Source: Dehalococcoidia bacterium (GTDB taxonomy: Bacteria; Chloroflexota; Dehalococcoidia; DSTF01; JACRBR01). Taken from it: a stretch of DNA of 34,072 nt. Location of the stretch: NCBI GenBank assembly GCA_041494685.1, contig JBGQBE010000034.1, positions 1 through 34,072 of the forward strand. Reading direction: 5' to 3'. The notes beneath the pieces are model-generated. The model saw only the letters and a program-made list of their open reading frames with translations, was not told where the DNA came from and searched no databases. Of this stretch, positions 10,370 to 19,881 are shown piece by piece. The translations under genes were made by a program, and so were the position numbers. The first letter of the stretch is position 1, and every line of letters begins with the position of its first letter.

Positions 10370-12268
10370 CTACACCTCGCGGAACTCGCCCTCGACGGTG
10401 CCCTCTTCTGGCTGTCCCTCGGCACCCGGCTCCGCGCCCTCGGCGCCCGCGCCGGCTTCCGCCTGCTGCGCGCCGTACACCGCCTGCCCGATGCGCTGGA
10501 TCGCCTCCGACAGCTCCTCCACCGCCGGGCGGATGGTATCCGCGTTGCCGGACTGGAGCTGGCTGCGCACCGCGGCGACCTTTCCCTCCACCTCGCTCTT
10601 CAGCGCGGCGTCGATCTTGTCGCCGTGCTCGCGCAGCGTCTTCTCCGCCTGGTAGGCCATGCTGTCGGCCTGGTTCCGCAGCTCGATCTCGTCGCGGCGC
10701 TGGCGGTCTTCCTCGGCGTGCAACTCCGCCTCCTGGCGCAGCTTCTCCACCTCGTCCTTGCTCAGGCCGCCGCCCGCCGTGATCGTGATCTTCTGCTCCT
10801 TGCCCGTCGCCTTGTCGCGCGCCGACACGTTGAGGATGCCGTTCGCGTCCAGGTCGAACGTCACCTCCACCTGCGGCACGCCGCGCGGCGCGGGCAGGAT
10901 GCCGTCGAGGATGAAGCGTCCGAGCGACTTGTTGTCACCCGACATCGCGCGTTCGCCCTGCAGCACGTGGATCTCCACGCTCGGCTGGTTGTCGGCCGCG
11001 GTGCTGAACACCTGGCTCTTGCTCGTCGGGATCGTCGTGTTGCGCGTGATCAGCGGCGTCGATACGCCGCCCAGCGTCTCTATGCCCAGCGTCAGCGGCG
11101 TCACGTCCAGCAGCAGCACGTCGCGGACTTCGCCCTTCAGCACGCCCGCCTGGATCGCCGCGCCGATCGCGACCACCTCGTCCGGGTTCACGCCCTTGTG
11201 CGGCTCCTTGCCGAAGAACTGCCGCACCTTCTCCTGCACCAGCGGCATGCGCGTCTGGCCGCCGACCAGCACCACCTCGTCGATCTGCGCCCCGGTCAGG
11301 CCGGCGTCCTGCAGCGCCTGGCGCAGCGGCCCCAGCGTGCCCTCGACCAGGTCGCCCACCAGCTGCTCCAGCTTGGCGCGCGTGATGTTGATCGTCATGT
11401 GCTTCGGCCCGCTGGCATCGGCGGTGATGAACGGCAGGTTCACCTCCGTCTGCTGCGCACTCGAAAGCTCGATCTTCGCCTTCTCGGCCGCTTCCTTCAG
11501 CCGCTGCAGCGCCATCCGGTCCTGCTTCAGGTCGATGCCCTGCTCGCGCTTGAACTCGGTCACCAGGAAGTCGATGATCCGCTGGTCGAAGTCGTCGCCA
11601 CCGAGGTGCGTGTCGCCGTTCGTCGACTTCACCTGGAACGTGCCCTCGCCCAGCTCCAGGATCGAGATGTCGAACGTGCCGCCGCCCAGGTCGTAGACCG
11701 CGATGACCTCTTCGTGCTTCTTGTCCAGGCCGTACGCCAGCGATGCCGCCGTCGGCTCGTTGATGATGCGCAGCACGTCGAGCCCGGCGATCTTGCCGGC
11801 GTCCTTCGTGGCCTGCCGCTGCGTGTCGTTGAAGTACGCCGGGACGGTGATCACCGCCTCGGTGACCGTCTCGCCCAGGTAGGCCTCCGCGTCCGTCTTT
11901 AGTTTCTGCAGGATCATCGCCGAGACTTCCGCCGGCGAGTAGCCGCGCCCGCCCATGCTCACCTGCGCGTCGCCGTTCGGGGAGCGTTCGATCTTGTAGC
12001 CCATCAGCGAGATGTCGCGCTGGACCTCGACGTCCTCGAACTTGCGGCCCATCAGCCGCTTCACCGAGTACACCGTGTTGTCCGGGTTCGTCACGGCCTG
12101 GCGCTTCGCCACCGTGCCGACCAGCCGCTCGCCCGTCTTGCTCACGGCGACGACCGACGGCGTGATCCGCCCGCCCTCACTGTTGGCGATGACAACCGGC
12201 TCGCCGCCCTCCATCACCGCGACGACGCTGTTGGTCGTCCCCAGGTCAATGCCGATTACTTTTCCCAT
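10370..12268 (-). CDS. dnaK: Chaperone DnaK (Hsp70)
   Basis: [37 protein letters not shown] and [10 protein letters not shown]. Confidence 0.99.
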   Translation of the reverse strand: MGKVIGIDLGTTNSVVAVMEGGEPVVIANSEGGRITPSVVAVSKTGERLVGTVAKRQAVTNPDNTVYSVKRLMGRKFEDVEVQRDISLMGYKIERSPNGDAQVSMGGRGYSPAEVSAMILQKLKTDAEAYLGETVTEAVITVPAYFNDTQRQATKDAGKIAGLDVLRIINEPTAASLAYGLDKKHEEVIAVYDLGGGTFDISILELGEGTFQVKSTNGDTHLGGDDFDQRIIDFLVTEFKREQGIDLKQDRMALQRLKEAAEKAKIELSSAQQTEVNLPFITADASGPKHMTINITRAKLEQLVGDLVEGTLGPLRQALQDAGLTGAQIDEVVLVGGQTRMPLVQEKVRQFFGKEPHKGVNPDEVVAIGAAIQAGVLKGEVRDVLLLDVTPLTLGIETLGGVSTPLITRNTTIPTSKSQVFSTAADNQPSVEIHVLQGERAMSGDNKSLGRFILDGILPAPRGVPQVEVTFDLDANGILNVSARDKATGKEQKITITAGGGLSKDEVEKLRQEAELHAEEDRQRRDEIELRNQADSMAYQAEKTLREHGDKIDAALKSEVEGKVAAVRSQLQSGNADTIRPAVEELSEAIQRIGQAVYGAQQAEAGAGAEGAEPGAEGQPEEGTVEGEFREV

Positions 12269-12311
12269 GTCAGCTTCTCTCCTCTTGCTCTTCGTCCGTC
12301 GAGGGTCCGGC

Positions 12312-12332
12312 CCCTGTTCCAATCACCAGTCA
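12312..12332 (-). repeat. Short heptamer array starting at the grpE stop
   Basis: Minus strand TGActgg tgattgg aacaggg. Confidence 0.4.
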
Positions 12333-12863
12333 CTGCGCGCCAGACCCCACCACCACCATCGCCGGCCGGATCACGCGGTCGCCCAGGCGGTAGCCCTTCT
12401 GCACCACGGCGATGACCTTGTTCTCGTCGCCCGGCCCCTGGCTCACGGCCTCGTGCTGCGCCGGGTCGAAGGTCTGGCCGTCGGCCTCGATCTCCTGCAC
12501 GCCGATCATCTCCAGCAACGCCTGGAACTTGCGGTAGATCAGACGGATGCCGTCCACCCACGTCAGGCCGGCCAGGTGCGTGTCCACGTTCTGCAGCGCG
12601 CGGTCCAGGTCGTCGACCAGCGGCAGCAGGTTGATGATCAGCGCGGCGCTGGCCAGGCGCGCCGTCTCCGAGCGCTCGTCCTCGACGCGGCGCTTGTAGT
12701 TGACGAAGTCGGCCGCGCTGCGCTGCCAGCTCTGCATGTAGGACTGCGCCTTCGCGTGCTCTTCCTCCAGCAGCGCCTTCAGCTTCTCGACGTCGTCCGT
12801 CGGCGCCCCCGCCGGGTCGGCCGCCTCGGGCGTCGCGGCGTTCTCTTCGCGCTCGGTGGTCAT
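12330..12863 (-). CDS. grpE: Nucleotide exchange factor GrpE
   Basis: ADFVNYKRR, LLPLVDDLDRA, FDPAQHEA and QKGY..RVIRPAMV; RBS AGGAG before ATG 12863. Confidence 0.97.
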   Translation of the reverse strand: MTTEREENAATPEAADPAGAPTDDVEKLKALLEEEHAKAQSYMQSWQRSAADFVNYKRRVEDERSETARLASAALIINLLPLVDDLDRALQNVDTHLAGLTWVDGIRLIYRKFQALLEMIGVQEIEADGQTFDPAQHEAVSQGPGDENKVIAVVQKGYRLGDRVIRPAMVVVGSGAQ

Positions 12864-12912
12864 CTCTGCGTCTCCTGTATCTGTGTGCGTCTGCATCTGC
12901 GTGTCTGCGCTG

Positions 12913-13965
12913 CTACTCGCGTGGGGCGCGGCGCGCGCGCTCGTCCTGCTCGCCGTAGTACGTCTCCAGCATCTCGCTCATCAGCCCGGCGATGTAGCGC
13001 ACCGTCGAGATCGTCCGCGAGTAGTGCATCCGCGTCGGCCCGACGACCGCCATGGCGCCGCTGATGCCGTTCGGGTTGCCGTACGGGCTGATCACGACGC
13101 TGTACTCGTGCATCGCGTCCTGGTCGTTCTCCGCGCCGATCATCACCGTCACGCCCTCCGCCGAGATCTCGCGGAAGGGGATGAGGCGCGTCAGGTTGCG
13201 CTGCTCCAGCACGTCCAGCAGGTTGAGCATCTTGTCGCTCGTGCCGAATTCCGGCTTCTGCAGCACGTTGCGCACGCCTTCCAGATAGGCCTCGTCGTAA
13301 CCGCCGCGGTCCGCCGCCTCCATGATCTCGCGTACGGCGTTCGCGACGTGCCACTCCAACTGCGTCAGCTGGGCCTGCGAGCGCCCGATCTCGCGCGCCG
13401 TCTGCGAGCGGAACGCCTCGTTCAGGTGGTTGGCGATTGCCGTCAGCTGCTCCTGCTCGATAGGCTCGGGGAAGATCAGCACCTGCTGCTTCACCCGCGC
13501 CTGCTGCAGCACCAGCACCAGCAGCGACGCGTTGTCCTGGATGCCCACCAGCTCCAGCCGCTTCAGACGCGACTCCGCCGTGCGCGGCAACGTCACCACC
13601 GCCGCGTTCTCGACGGCGCGCGCCAGCACCGCCGCGGCGAGTTGGATCCATTCGTCCTCTTCGCGGCCGGCCTGGTGGAACTGGTGCCGGATCGTCTCCT
13701 TCACCTCCGCCGGCAGGTCGCGCGGCTGCATCAGCGCCTCGACGTAGTAGCGGTAGCCCTTGTCGGAGGGGACGCGGCCGGCCGAGGTGTGGGGGTGGCT
13801 GATGAAGCCGTCCTCCTCCAGCCGCGCCATCTCGTTGCGGATGGTGGCGGGCGAGAAGGGCAGATCGAAGCGCCGCACGATGGTCTCGGAGCCGACCGGC
13901 ATGGCCGAGTCCACGTACTCGCTGATGATCAGGCTCAGAAGCTGTGCGCGGCGGTCTGTCAGCAT
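12913..13965 (-). CDS. hrcA: Heat-inducible transcription repressor HrcA
   Basis: PVGS, SPATIRNEM, PHTSAGRVPSDKGYR.YV and GPTRM.Y; preceded by a CIRCE. Confidence 0.98.
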   Translation of the reverse strand: MLTDRRAQLLSLIISEYVDSAMPVGSETIVRRFDLPFSPATIRNEMARLEEDGFISHPHTSAGRVPSDKGYRYYVEALMQPRDLPAEVKETIRHQFHQAGREEDEWIQLAAAVLARAVENAAVVTLPRTAESRLKRLELVGIQDNASLLVLVLQQARVKQQVLIFPEPIEQEQLTAIANHLNEAFRSQTAREIGRSQAQLTQLEWHVANAVREIMEAADRGGYDEAYLEGVRNVLQKPEFGTSDKMLNLLDVLEQRNLTRLIPFREISAEGVTVMIGAENDQDAMHEYSVVISPYGNPNGISGAMAVVGPTRMHYSRTISTVRYIAGLMSEMLETYYGEQDERARRAPRE

Positions 13966-13978
13966 GATTCAGGTTCGA

Positions 13979-14005
13979 TTAGCACTCTCAGCACGAGAGT
14001 GCTAA
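13979..14005. promoter_or_regulatory. CIRCE element (HrcA operator)
   Basis: Exact consensus TTAGCACTC-N9(tcagcacga)-GAGTGCTAA, 13 nt upstream of hrcA. Confidence 0.98.
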
Positions 14006-14014
14006 GTAGCCGGC

Positions 14015-14044
14015 AGTGTATCAATCGGCGCGGAAGGGGGTCAA
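14015..14044 (-). promoter_or_regulatory. SigA-type promoter of hrcA-grpE-dnaK
   Basis: Minus strand TTGACC-N18-TACACT with a TGn extension, just upstream of the CIRCE. Confidence 0.8.
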
Positions 14045-14070
14045 GCGGGACGGGGCGCGGGCGCGGACGG

Positions 14071-14646
14071 TTAGTGCGGCAGCGGTGTCACGGCGATGGG
14101 AGTGCCGGCCGGCTTCAGCGTGTAGATCTTGTCCACGACCAGCTTCCAGTAATCCTCGGTCAGCCCCGCGCCGGCCTGGTTCGCCTCGCGGAACTTCTGC
14201 CGCATGTAGCGCTTCATCACCTGGTTCGCGTAGGCGAAGGCCTGCCGCCCGCTGTACTCGTACAGCCACTTCGTCGCGTCCCCCACGAAGTAGCAGTCGC
14301 CCATCACCGCCGGCCAGTAGCCCTGGTCCGCCGGCGGCGTCCCGTGGGCGCGGTTATTGGCGCAGTCGTCGAGCACGGCCAGCAACTCCTTCACCTTCCG
14401 AAACGACGTGATCGACGTCTCGGTGTACGGGATCGTCAGGCCATCGAACCCCGACTGGATGAAGCCGCCCACGTCTTGCTGCGCCACCGGCGTCGCGTAC
14501 TCGATCGACGCCGTCGCCGTCGCCGCGAACGCGCGCCCTTCCGCCGTGGCCGTCCGGTTCCCGGCCGAGACGCGACTGCTGCCGCCGCCGGAGCACGCCG
14601 CCCCGCCCAGCGCCATCACCGCCACCACCAGCACGAAGACCCGCAT
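14071..14646 (-). CDS. Hypothetical lipoprotein
   Basis: MRVFVLVVAVMALGGAA-C lipobox-like signal, RBS GGAGG, upstream -10 TACACT; two further Cys in the mature part. Confidence 0.75.
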   Translation of the reverse strand: MRVFVLVVAVMALGGAACSGGGSSRVSAGNRTATAEGRAFAATATASIEYATPVAQQDVGGFIQSGFDGLTIPYTETSITSFRKVKELLAVLDDCANNRAHGTPPADQGYWPAVMGDCYFVGDATKWLYEYSGRQAFAYANQVMKRYMRQKFREANQAGAGLTEDYWKLVVDKIYTLKPAGTPIAVTPLPH

Positions 14647-14740
14647 CCGCCGCCCTCCGTGCGCAGTGTAACCTGCGGCCAGCCCCCTGCCGGATCGGAC
14701 ACCCGCGTGCGAGGGCTCGCGCGCCTTCCGCTGGGCGAGA

Positions 14741-14769
14741 AAAGGGCCACTCGTTTTGAGCGGCCCTTT
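14741..14769 (-). terminator. Intrinsic terminator after dnaN-RDD
   Basis: AAAGGGCC(a)CTC-gtttt-GAG(c)GGCCCTTT with T-runs on both strands. Confidence 0.75.
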
Positions 14770-14798
14770 CGTGCGTTCGGTGGTTCGGCCAGCCGCCG

Positions 14799-15218
14799 CT
14801 ACTTCGTGACTTTGATCACCTTCGTCTTGGCGATCTTGTCGTGCCAGGCGTCGTGCTTCGGGTCCCACAACACCCAGAGGAAGCCCAACCCGATGGGGAT
14901 GCTGGACACGATGTAGCCGACATAGCGCAGCAGCGCCGCGCTCGGTTCCAGCAGCCCGCCCGTCTCCGCGCTGACGACCTTCAGGCTCATCGCCATCTTG
15001 CCGGGCGTCTGGCCGCTCGTCGTCCAGAAGTAGTACGAGTACGCGACGCCGATGCCGAGACCGATGAGGCTGCCGATAGCCTGGCCAAGGACCAGGCGTA
15101 GGATCATCTGCGGGATGATCAGGATGATGCCGTCGATGATCGCCGCGACCAGGCGCACGAAGAAGTCCGCCGACACCGTCTCGGCCGTGACCGGCCCCAC
15201 TGACGTCTCTGCTTGCAT
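14799..15218 (-). CDS. RDD family membrane protein
   Basis: RLVAAIIDG, GQTPGK.AM.LKVV and WHDKIAKTKVI. Confidence 0.92.
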   Translation of the reverse strand: MQAETSVGPVTAETVSADFFVRLVAAIIDGIILIIPQMILRLVLGQAIGSLIGLGIGVAYSYYFWTTSGQTPGKMAMSLKVVSAETGGLLEPSAALLRYVGYIVSSIPIGLGFLWVLWDPKHDAWHDKIAKTKVIKVTK

Positions 15219-15266
15219 CCGTTCCTCCGTCCTCTGCCGACCGCGCGGACATCGCCGCCCGTCAAA

Positions 15267-16397
15267 TCACCACTGGACGAACATCGGCATGACGACGTGG
15301 ACGTAGTTGTCGTTGTCCAGCGGGCGGATCACGCCCGGCTGCGACGGTCCCGTCGTCTCCAGCGCCACGCGCCCGCCGTCGAGCACGGCCAGCACGTCCT
15401 GCAGGTACTTGCCGTTGAAGGCGATCTTCGACGCCTCACCTTCGACGGCGGCATCGAGCTTGCCTTCGTTGTCGCCGATCTCCTCGGCGCGCGCCGAGAC
15501 CGTCATCTGTCCAGGGCCGCCGTCATCGCCGCCCTGGAACGTGATGCGGACGATGCCGCTGCCGTCGCGCGCGAAGATCGACGCGATCTTCGTCTCCTGC
15601 AGGAAGTCCCGCACCTCGACCACCGCGCGGCTGCCCCACTCTTTCGGGATCAGGCGGCTGTAGTCCGGGAAGGTGCCCTGGATCAGCTGCGCTACCAGCT
15701 CGACGTCTTTGAGCCGGAAGAGCACCTGCGTCTTGTTCGTGTTGAACGTCATCTGCACAGGCTCGTCCTGGTCCTGCAGCAGCCGGTTCAGCTCGGCCAG
15801 CGCGCGCGCCGGCACGATGACCTCCTGCCGCTCGGCGACCTTCTTCTTCAGGTCCAGGTGGCGCACCGCCAGCCGGAAGCCGTCGGCCGCGGCCAGCGTC
15901 AGCTTGTTGCCTTCGACCACCAGGTCCACACCCGTCAGCACGGGCCGCGAGTCGTCCGTCGCCGCCGAGAACACGACCTGCGTGATCGCCTCGCGCAGCA
16001 TCTTCGCGTCGATCTCCAGCGTGTCGCCCTCGACCGCCGGGATTGGCGGGAAGTCGTCCGCGTCCATGCCGCCGATCGTGGCCTCGTTGCGCGCGCACAC
16101 CAGCTTCACCTGGCGAGAGCGCGGCGCCAGCGTCAAGCTGATCTTCTCGGCCGGCAGCGAGTTGACGAAGTCCGTGAGCAGACGCGCCGGCACCGTGATC
16201 GCACCCTCATCCTCGATCTGGCCGCCGATCCAGCAGCTCAGGGCGATATCGAGGTTCGTCGCAGCCAGCTTGATCCGCCCGTGTTCGGTCGCGATCAGTA
16301 CGTTCGACGTGATCGGCAGCGTGCTGCGCAGCGCCACCGCCCGCCCGACAATGCCGAGGCCCCTCGCCAGGTTCTCCTGGAGACACGTTACCTTCAT
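15267..16397 (-). CDS. dnaN: DNA polymerase III beta sliding clamp
   Basis: STLPITSNVL, RPVLTGV, AADGFRLA, LIQGTFPDY and VVMPM; RBS AGGTG before ATG 16397. Confidence 0.98.
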   Translation of the reverse strand: MKVTCLQENLARGLGIVGRAVALRSTLPITSNVLIATEHGRIKLAATNLDIALSCWIGGQIEDEGAITVPARLLTDFVNSLPAEKISLTLAPRSRQVKLVCARNEATIGGMDADDFPPIPAVEGDTLEIDAKMLREAITQVVFSAATDDSRPVLTGVDLVVEGNKLTLAAADGFRLAVRHLDLKKKVAERQEVIVPARALAELNRLLQDQDEPVQMTFNTNKTQVLFRLKDVELVAQLIQGTFPDYSRLIPKEWGSRAVVEVRDFLQETKIASIFARDGSGIVRITFQGGDDGGPGQMTVSARAEEIGDNEGKLDAAVEGEASKIAFNGKYLQDVLAVLDGGRVALETTGPSQPGVIRPLDNDNYVHVVMPMFVQW

Positions 16398-16427
16398 TGC
16401 GCTCACCTGTGTAATCACTTTGCGTCG

Positions 16428-16456
16428 AGTATACGATCGCGCCTGTCAAGCGACAA
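16428..16456 (-). promoter_or_regulatory. Putative dnaN promoter
   Basis: Minus strand TTGTCG-N17-TATACT. Confidence 0.55.
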
Positions 16457-16514
16457 TAGATCAACGCACTTGATCATTTAGGTAAGGGCGGACAAGACGA
16501 GCGGTGGACATAAG

Positions 16515-16552
16515 GCGAGGCGAGGGAGTGTGCCCGCACTCGCTCGCCTCGC
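16515..16552 (-). terminator. Long hairpin downstream of marR
   Basis: GCGAGGCGAG(g)GAGTG...CACTC(g)CTCGCCTCGC. Confidence 0.55.
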
Positions 16553-16580
16553 GACAGTCACACCGCGTGCGCCCGCAGCG

Positions 16581-17072
16581 TTAGACCCGTATTCCGGCTG
16601 CGGCGACCTGCCGCAGCATGCCCACAAACCGCTCCCGCTCGTCCGAGCTGAGCGCCGTGAGCGCAAACTCCATCTGGTCGGTGGCCTTCTTCGCCAGCGC
16701 ATCCGCGATCTCGCGGCCAGCGTCGGTGAGGTCCACCGTCACGACGCGATTATCCCGGCGGCTGCGTTGGCGACGCACGAGCTTGCGCTCCTTCAGCCGG
16801 TCCACCAGCACGCTGGCGCCGTTGGGGCGGATGCCCACGGCGCGGGCGATGCCCGACACCGGCGACGAGTCGCGCGCGAGCGTGATCAGCGCCAACGCCT
16901 CACTGGGCGTGAGGTTGAACGCCCGGCTCTCCGCCGCCAGCAGATTGCTGAGGCGACCCTGCGCCTGGAAGGTCAGCAGCAGCGTGTCCAGGCACGCGCA
17001 GTACGCCGCCGGCTCCGCGACGTATGTTGCCGGCGGTGCCGCGTCCCGTGAAATCATGTCGATCATGTGCAT
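16581..17072 (-). CDS. MarR family transcriptional regulator
   Basis: LTPSEA..L, ASVLVDRL and R..DNRVVTVDLTDAGR; RBS AAGGA and upstream -10 TAGGAT. Confidence 0.88.
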   Translation of the reverse strand: MHMIDMISRDAAPPATYVAEPAAYCACLDTLLLTFQAQGRLSNLLAAESRAFNLTPSEALALITLARDSSPVSGIARAVGIRPNGASVLVDRLKERKLVRRQRSRRDNRVVTVDLTDAGREIADALAKKATDQMEFALTALSSDERERFVGMLRQVAAAGIRV

Positions 17073-17351
17073 GCCCCGATCCTTCGTGCTTCCTGTGTCG
17101 CTATCCTAGCCCCGGCCGCGCACGGATGGACTCGCCGCCATGTCCGAATTGCGTCAAAACCGGATCAATCGATACCGACAGTCTGTCCATCGCTCTGAGC
17201 GGCGATGACGTATGCTCGTGGATCCATCTTCGTCGCGCTTGACGGCGTGCCGCCATGTTTCTCGCTCACAAGCCTGAGAGGGCGTCCTCACAAACGCGCC
17301 ATGCCGTACAATCCCCTCGAACTCGCACGTTGTGTGCGGGCGGGACCAAAC

Positions 17352-18074
17352 ATGGGTGGCCATACAAATCCTCAGCGCGCGATCCCGCGGCTGCTCCTCG
17401 TCGATGACGACCCGGCGCTGCTCGGCGTTATGCGCCAATATCTGGAACGCTTCGAATACGAGATCGAAACCGCAACCGACGGCGAGAGCGCATTGCTGCT
17501 CGTACCGGAATGGACGCCCGACCTGATCGTGCTGGACGTCTGCATGCCGAACATGGACGGCATGCAGATGCTCGCCCGCCTGCGCGAGACGACGCGGGTG
17601 CCGGTGATCATGGTCACGGCGCTCGCCGCAGAACCGGACGTCCTGCGCGGCTTCACCCTTGGCGCCGACGATTACATCACCAAGCCGTTCAGTTTCGCCC
17701 AGCTCGAAGCGCGCATCCGCGCCGTGCTGGCGCGCGCCACGCGTGGTGCCGGCGCGTCATTGCCCGACGCGCCGGCGGTGCTGGAGTTCGGCGACCTCTC
17801 CGTAGACCAGGCCACGCATCGCGTGACGGTCCGCGGTGAACTCGTGAAGCTGACGGCGACAGAGTTCCGCCTGCTCGTCGCGCTGATGGAGCGCCGGGGC
17901 CGCGTCGTCACGTCGGAGGAGCTGGTGGTCGCCGTCTGGGGCCCGGAGTACGCCAGCCAGGCTGACTACGTCCGCCGCTACGTCTGGTACCTGCGCCAGA
18001 AGCTGGAGGAGGACCCGGCCGCGCCGCGCTACATCTGTAACGAGCGCAACGTCGGCTACTACTTCGGCGGCTAG
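17352..18074 (+). CDS. OmpR/PhoB family response regulator (no adjacent kinase)
   Basis: LLVDDD, LDVCMP, GADDYITKPF, LTATEF.LL and LRQKLE..P..I..RNVGY; -10 TACAAT at 17307-17312. Confidence 0.94.
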   Translation: MGGHTNPQRAIPRLLLVDDDPALLGVMRQYLERFEYEIETATDGESALLLVPEWTPDLIVLDVCMPNMDGMQMLARLRETTRVPVIMVTALAAEPDVLRGFTLGADDYITKPFSFAQLEARIRAVLARATRGAGASLPDAPAVLEFGDLSVDQATHRVTVRGELVKLTATEFRLLVALMERRGRVVTSEELVVAVWGPEYASQADYVRRYVWYLRQKLEEDPAAPRYICNERNVGYYFGG

Positions 18075-18106
18075 TCTCCAGTCTCCAACGTCCAGTCTCC
18101 AACCCC
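18072..18106 (+). repeat. Heptamer array starting at the response-regulator stop
   Basis: TAGtctc cagtctc caacgtc cagtctc caacccc. Confidence 0.75.
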
Positions 18107-18194
18107 AACCCCTATTCCCTTCCGCCCGCGACAGTCCTAGACTGGGATCACCCGAACGGCTTCACCAAACCCCAAACGACAGAAGGAGTTGATC

Positions 18195-18725
18195 ATGACC
18201 CGGCCAACCCTCGCCTCGCTCGCTTCCCGCGCCCTGCGCGGCCTCGACCGCATCGCCGCACCGGCGACCGCCGACGCGCACTGCGATGTCCCTTGCGGCA
18301 TCTACGACCCGCATTACATGCAGATCGCCGCGCTCACCGTGATCCGCATGAACCAGCTCATCGACGCGCTGGAGAAGCCCGGCGACGGCAAGGACGACCA
18401 GGCGAAATACCACAACTCGCTCAGCCGCTACGTCGCCGTGAAGGAGGAGCACGCCGAGATCGTCAAGCGCGAGACGCGGATCATCTGGGGCGACTACTTC
18501 AAGCCGGAGCACACTGACAAGTACAAGGACCTGCACGCCACCGTCTGGAACATCATGAAGCTGGCGAGCACCTGCCGGCAGCAGGTGAACGCCCAGGCCG
18601 GGCAGGACCTGCTGGCCGCGACGCAGAAGTTCGCCGAGATCTTCTGGGATTCGAAGGGCGCGACGACCAGCAAGGTGCCGTCCAGGCAGGCCGTCGGCGG
18701 CGAACTGGTCGTCCCGAACGCCTAG
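18195..18725 (+). CDS. sodN: Nickel superoxide dismutase precursor
   Basis: Ni-hook HCDVPCGIYDP after a 28-aa propeptide ending ADA; IIWGDYFKPEH; RBS AAGGAG; -10 TAGACT near 18138. Confidence 0.96.
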   Translation: MTRPTLASLASRALRGLDRIAAPATADAHCDVPCGIYDPHYMQIAALTVIRMNQLIDALEKPGDGKDDQAKYHNSLSRYVAVKEEHAEIVKRETRIIWGDYFKPEHTDKYKDLHATVWNIMKLASTCRQQVNAQAGQDLLAATQKFAEIFWDSKGATTSKVPSRQAVGGELVVPNA

Positions 18726-18804
18726 TGTCGCCGGACCGTACGCGAAGGCACGATCGAGAAGGTGGCGCCGGCCGGCGTCACCTTCTCCTCTTCGCGAGGC
18801 CGAC

Positions 18805-19191
18805 GTGAGGCCGACCCTGCGCCGCCTCGTCGTCGCCGCCGTCGCGCTGGCGGCGCTGGCGCGGCTGCTGCGCGGGCGCGCGCCCCTCGCTCGCTACGCC
18901 GTCGAGGGCGCCAGCATGGAGCCGGCCTACCGCGCCGGCGACCGCGTGCTCGTCAACCGTCTGGCGTACCGCCGCTGGAGGCCGGCGCCCGGCGACGTCG
19001 TCGTGCTGCGCGACCCCGAGCGCGCGGGCCATTTTCTGCTGAAGCGCGTCGCATCGTTCCCCCCTCACGAACCATCCGTATCGGACGAGGTCTACGTGCT
19101 GGGCGACAACGACGCCGACAGCCGCGACTCCCGCCGCTTTGGCGCCGTGCCGCGGGCCGCCATCGTCGGCCGGGCCTGGCTGCGGTACTAA
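18805..19191 (+). CDS. sodX: Ni-SOD maturation protease (S26 family)
   Basis: VEGASMEP (Ser), LLKR (Lys) and GDN..SRDSRRFG; directly after sodN. Confidence 0.9.
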   Translation: MRPTLRRLVVAAVALAALARLLRGRAPLARYAVEGASMEPAYRAGDRVLVNRLAYRRWRPAPGDVVVLRDPERAGHFLLKRVASFPPHEPSVSDEVYVLGDNDADSRDSRRFGAVPRAAIVGRAWLRY

Positions 19192-19225
19192 TGAAGTTGG
19201 GACTCGAATGCCAGAAGCTATAACT
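19191..19225 (+). repeat. Degenerate heptamer array after the sodX stop
   Basis: atgaagt tgggact cgaatgc cagaagc tataact. TGAAGTTGGGACT (19192-19204) is identical to 33586-33598 in another array. Confidence 0.45.
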
Positions 19226-19314
19226 TGTCAACATCCGGCGGCCGTTGCCGTTACCTTGCAGCTTCGGGCCAAGATGTAGCCTATGAAAGGGCAACGCCAC
19301 GGGGTGACATCCGT

Positions 19315-19881
19315 ATGACGGGCGAGCGATCCGCCCCGCAGCGCCAACCGTTCGAACGAGAACAGGATCTCGCGGCCGCGTTGCGCGCGCACGACCCCGC
19401 TGCGTGGCAACAACTCTTCCGGGAGCAATACCAGCGCGTGTACAACTACGCTTACCTTCGTACCAGCAACACCGCCGACGCCGACGACATCGCCTCGAAC
19501 GTCTTCGCCGAGGCGGCGCGCGGCATCGAACGCTTCCGCTACCAGGGCGCTCCCGTCGCCGCCTGGATCTTCCGCATCGCCCACCACGAGACCGTCGACG
19601 CGCTCAAGCGCCGCAAGCGCACCGAAACGACCTCCATCCACGAGCCGATGACCGCCGACACCCTGCAGGCGCGCGACGAGATCGCGCCCGCCGACGAGTG
19701 GCGCGACGTCGCCGCCGCCATGGGCAAACTCAAGCAGGAACACCGCGACGTGCTGATGCTGCGCCTCGTGGAGGGGCACAGCGTGCAGGAGGTCGCCGCG
19801 CTGCTCGGCAAGACCGAGGGCGCCGTGAAGGTCATGCAGATGCGCGCGCTCCAGTCGTTGCGCGGAAAGCTCCAGCCATGA
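19315..19881 (+). CDS. ECF-type RNA polymerase sigma factor
   Basis: Region 2 (DADDIASNVF, AWIFRIAHH) and region 4 (EGHSVQEVAALLGKTEGAVKVMQMRAL). Confidence 0.93.
   Translation: MTGERSAPQRQPFEREQDLAAALRAHDPAAWQQLFREQYQRVYNYAYLRTSNTADADDIASNVFAEAARGIERFRYQGAPVAAWIFRIAHHETVDALKRRKRTETTSIHEPMTADTLQARDEIAPADEWRDVAAAMGKLKQEHRDVLMLRLVEGHSVQEVAALLGKTEGAVKVMQMRALQSLRGKLQP

Noticed and set aside
8615..11902. 1095-aa plus-strand ORF and other long antisense ORFs (10659-11696, 12856-14916, 15213-16481, 23233-24900, 30038-31408)
   Set aside because: These are shadow frames opposite clear genes (dnaK, wecB, hrcA, dnaN, pyrG, GH1). They are expected at high GC, and the dnaK antisense ORF is a known artefact.
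12864..12912. TCTGCG/TCTGTG-like short repeats between hrcA and grpE
   Set aside because: The period is irregular and the tract short, so it cannot be distinguished from low-complexity spacer.
14647..15252. N-terminal extension of the 393-aa ORF 14071-15252
   Set aside because: It overlaps the RDD gene in another frame and crosses a terminator. The real start is ATG 14646, with an RBS and signal peptide.
16398..16580. oriC upstream of dnaN
   Set aside because: No DnaA-box cluster, no dnaA gene and no extended AT-rich unwinding element.
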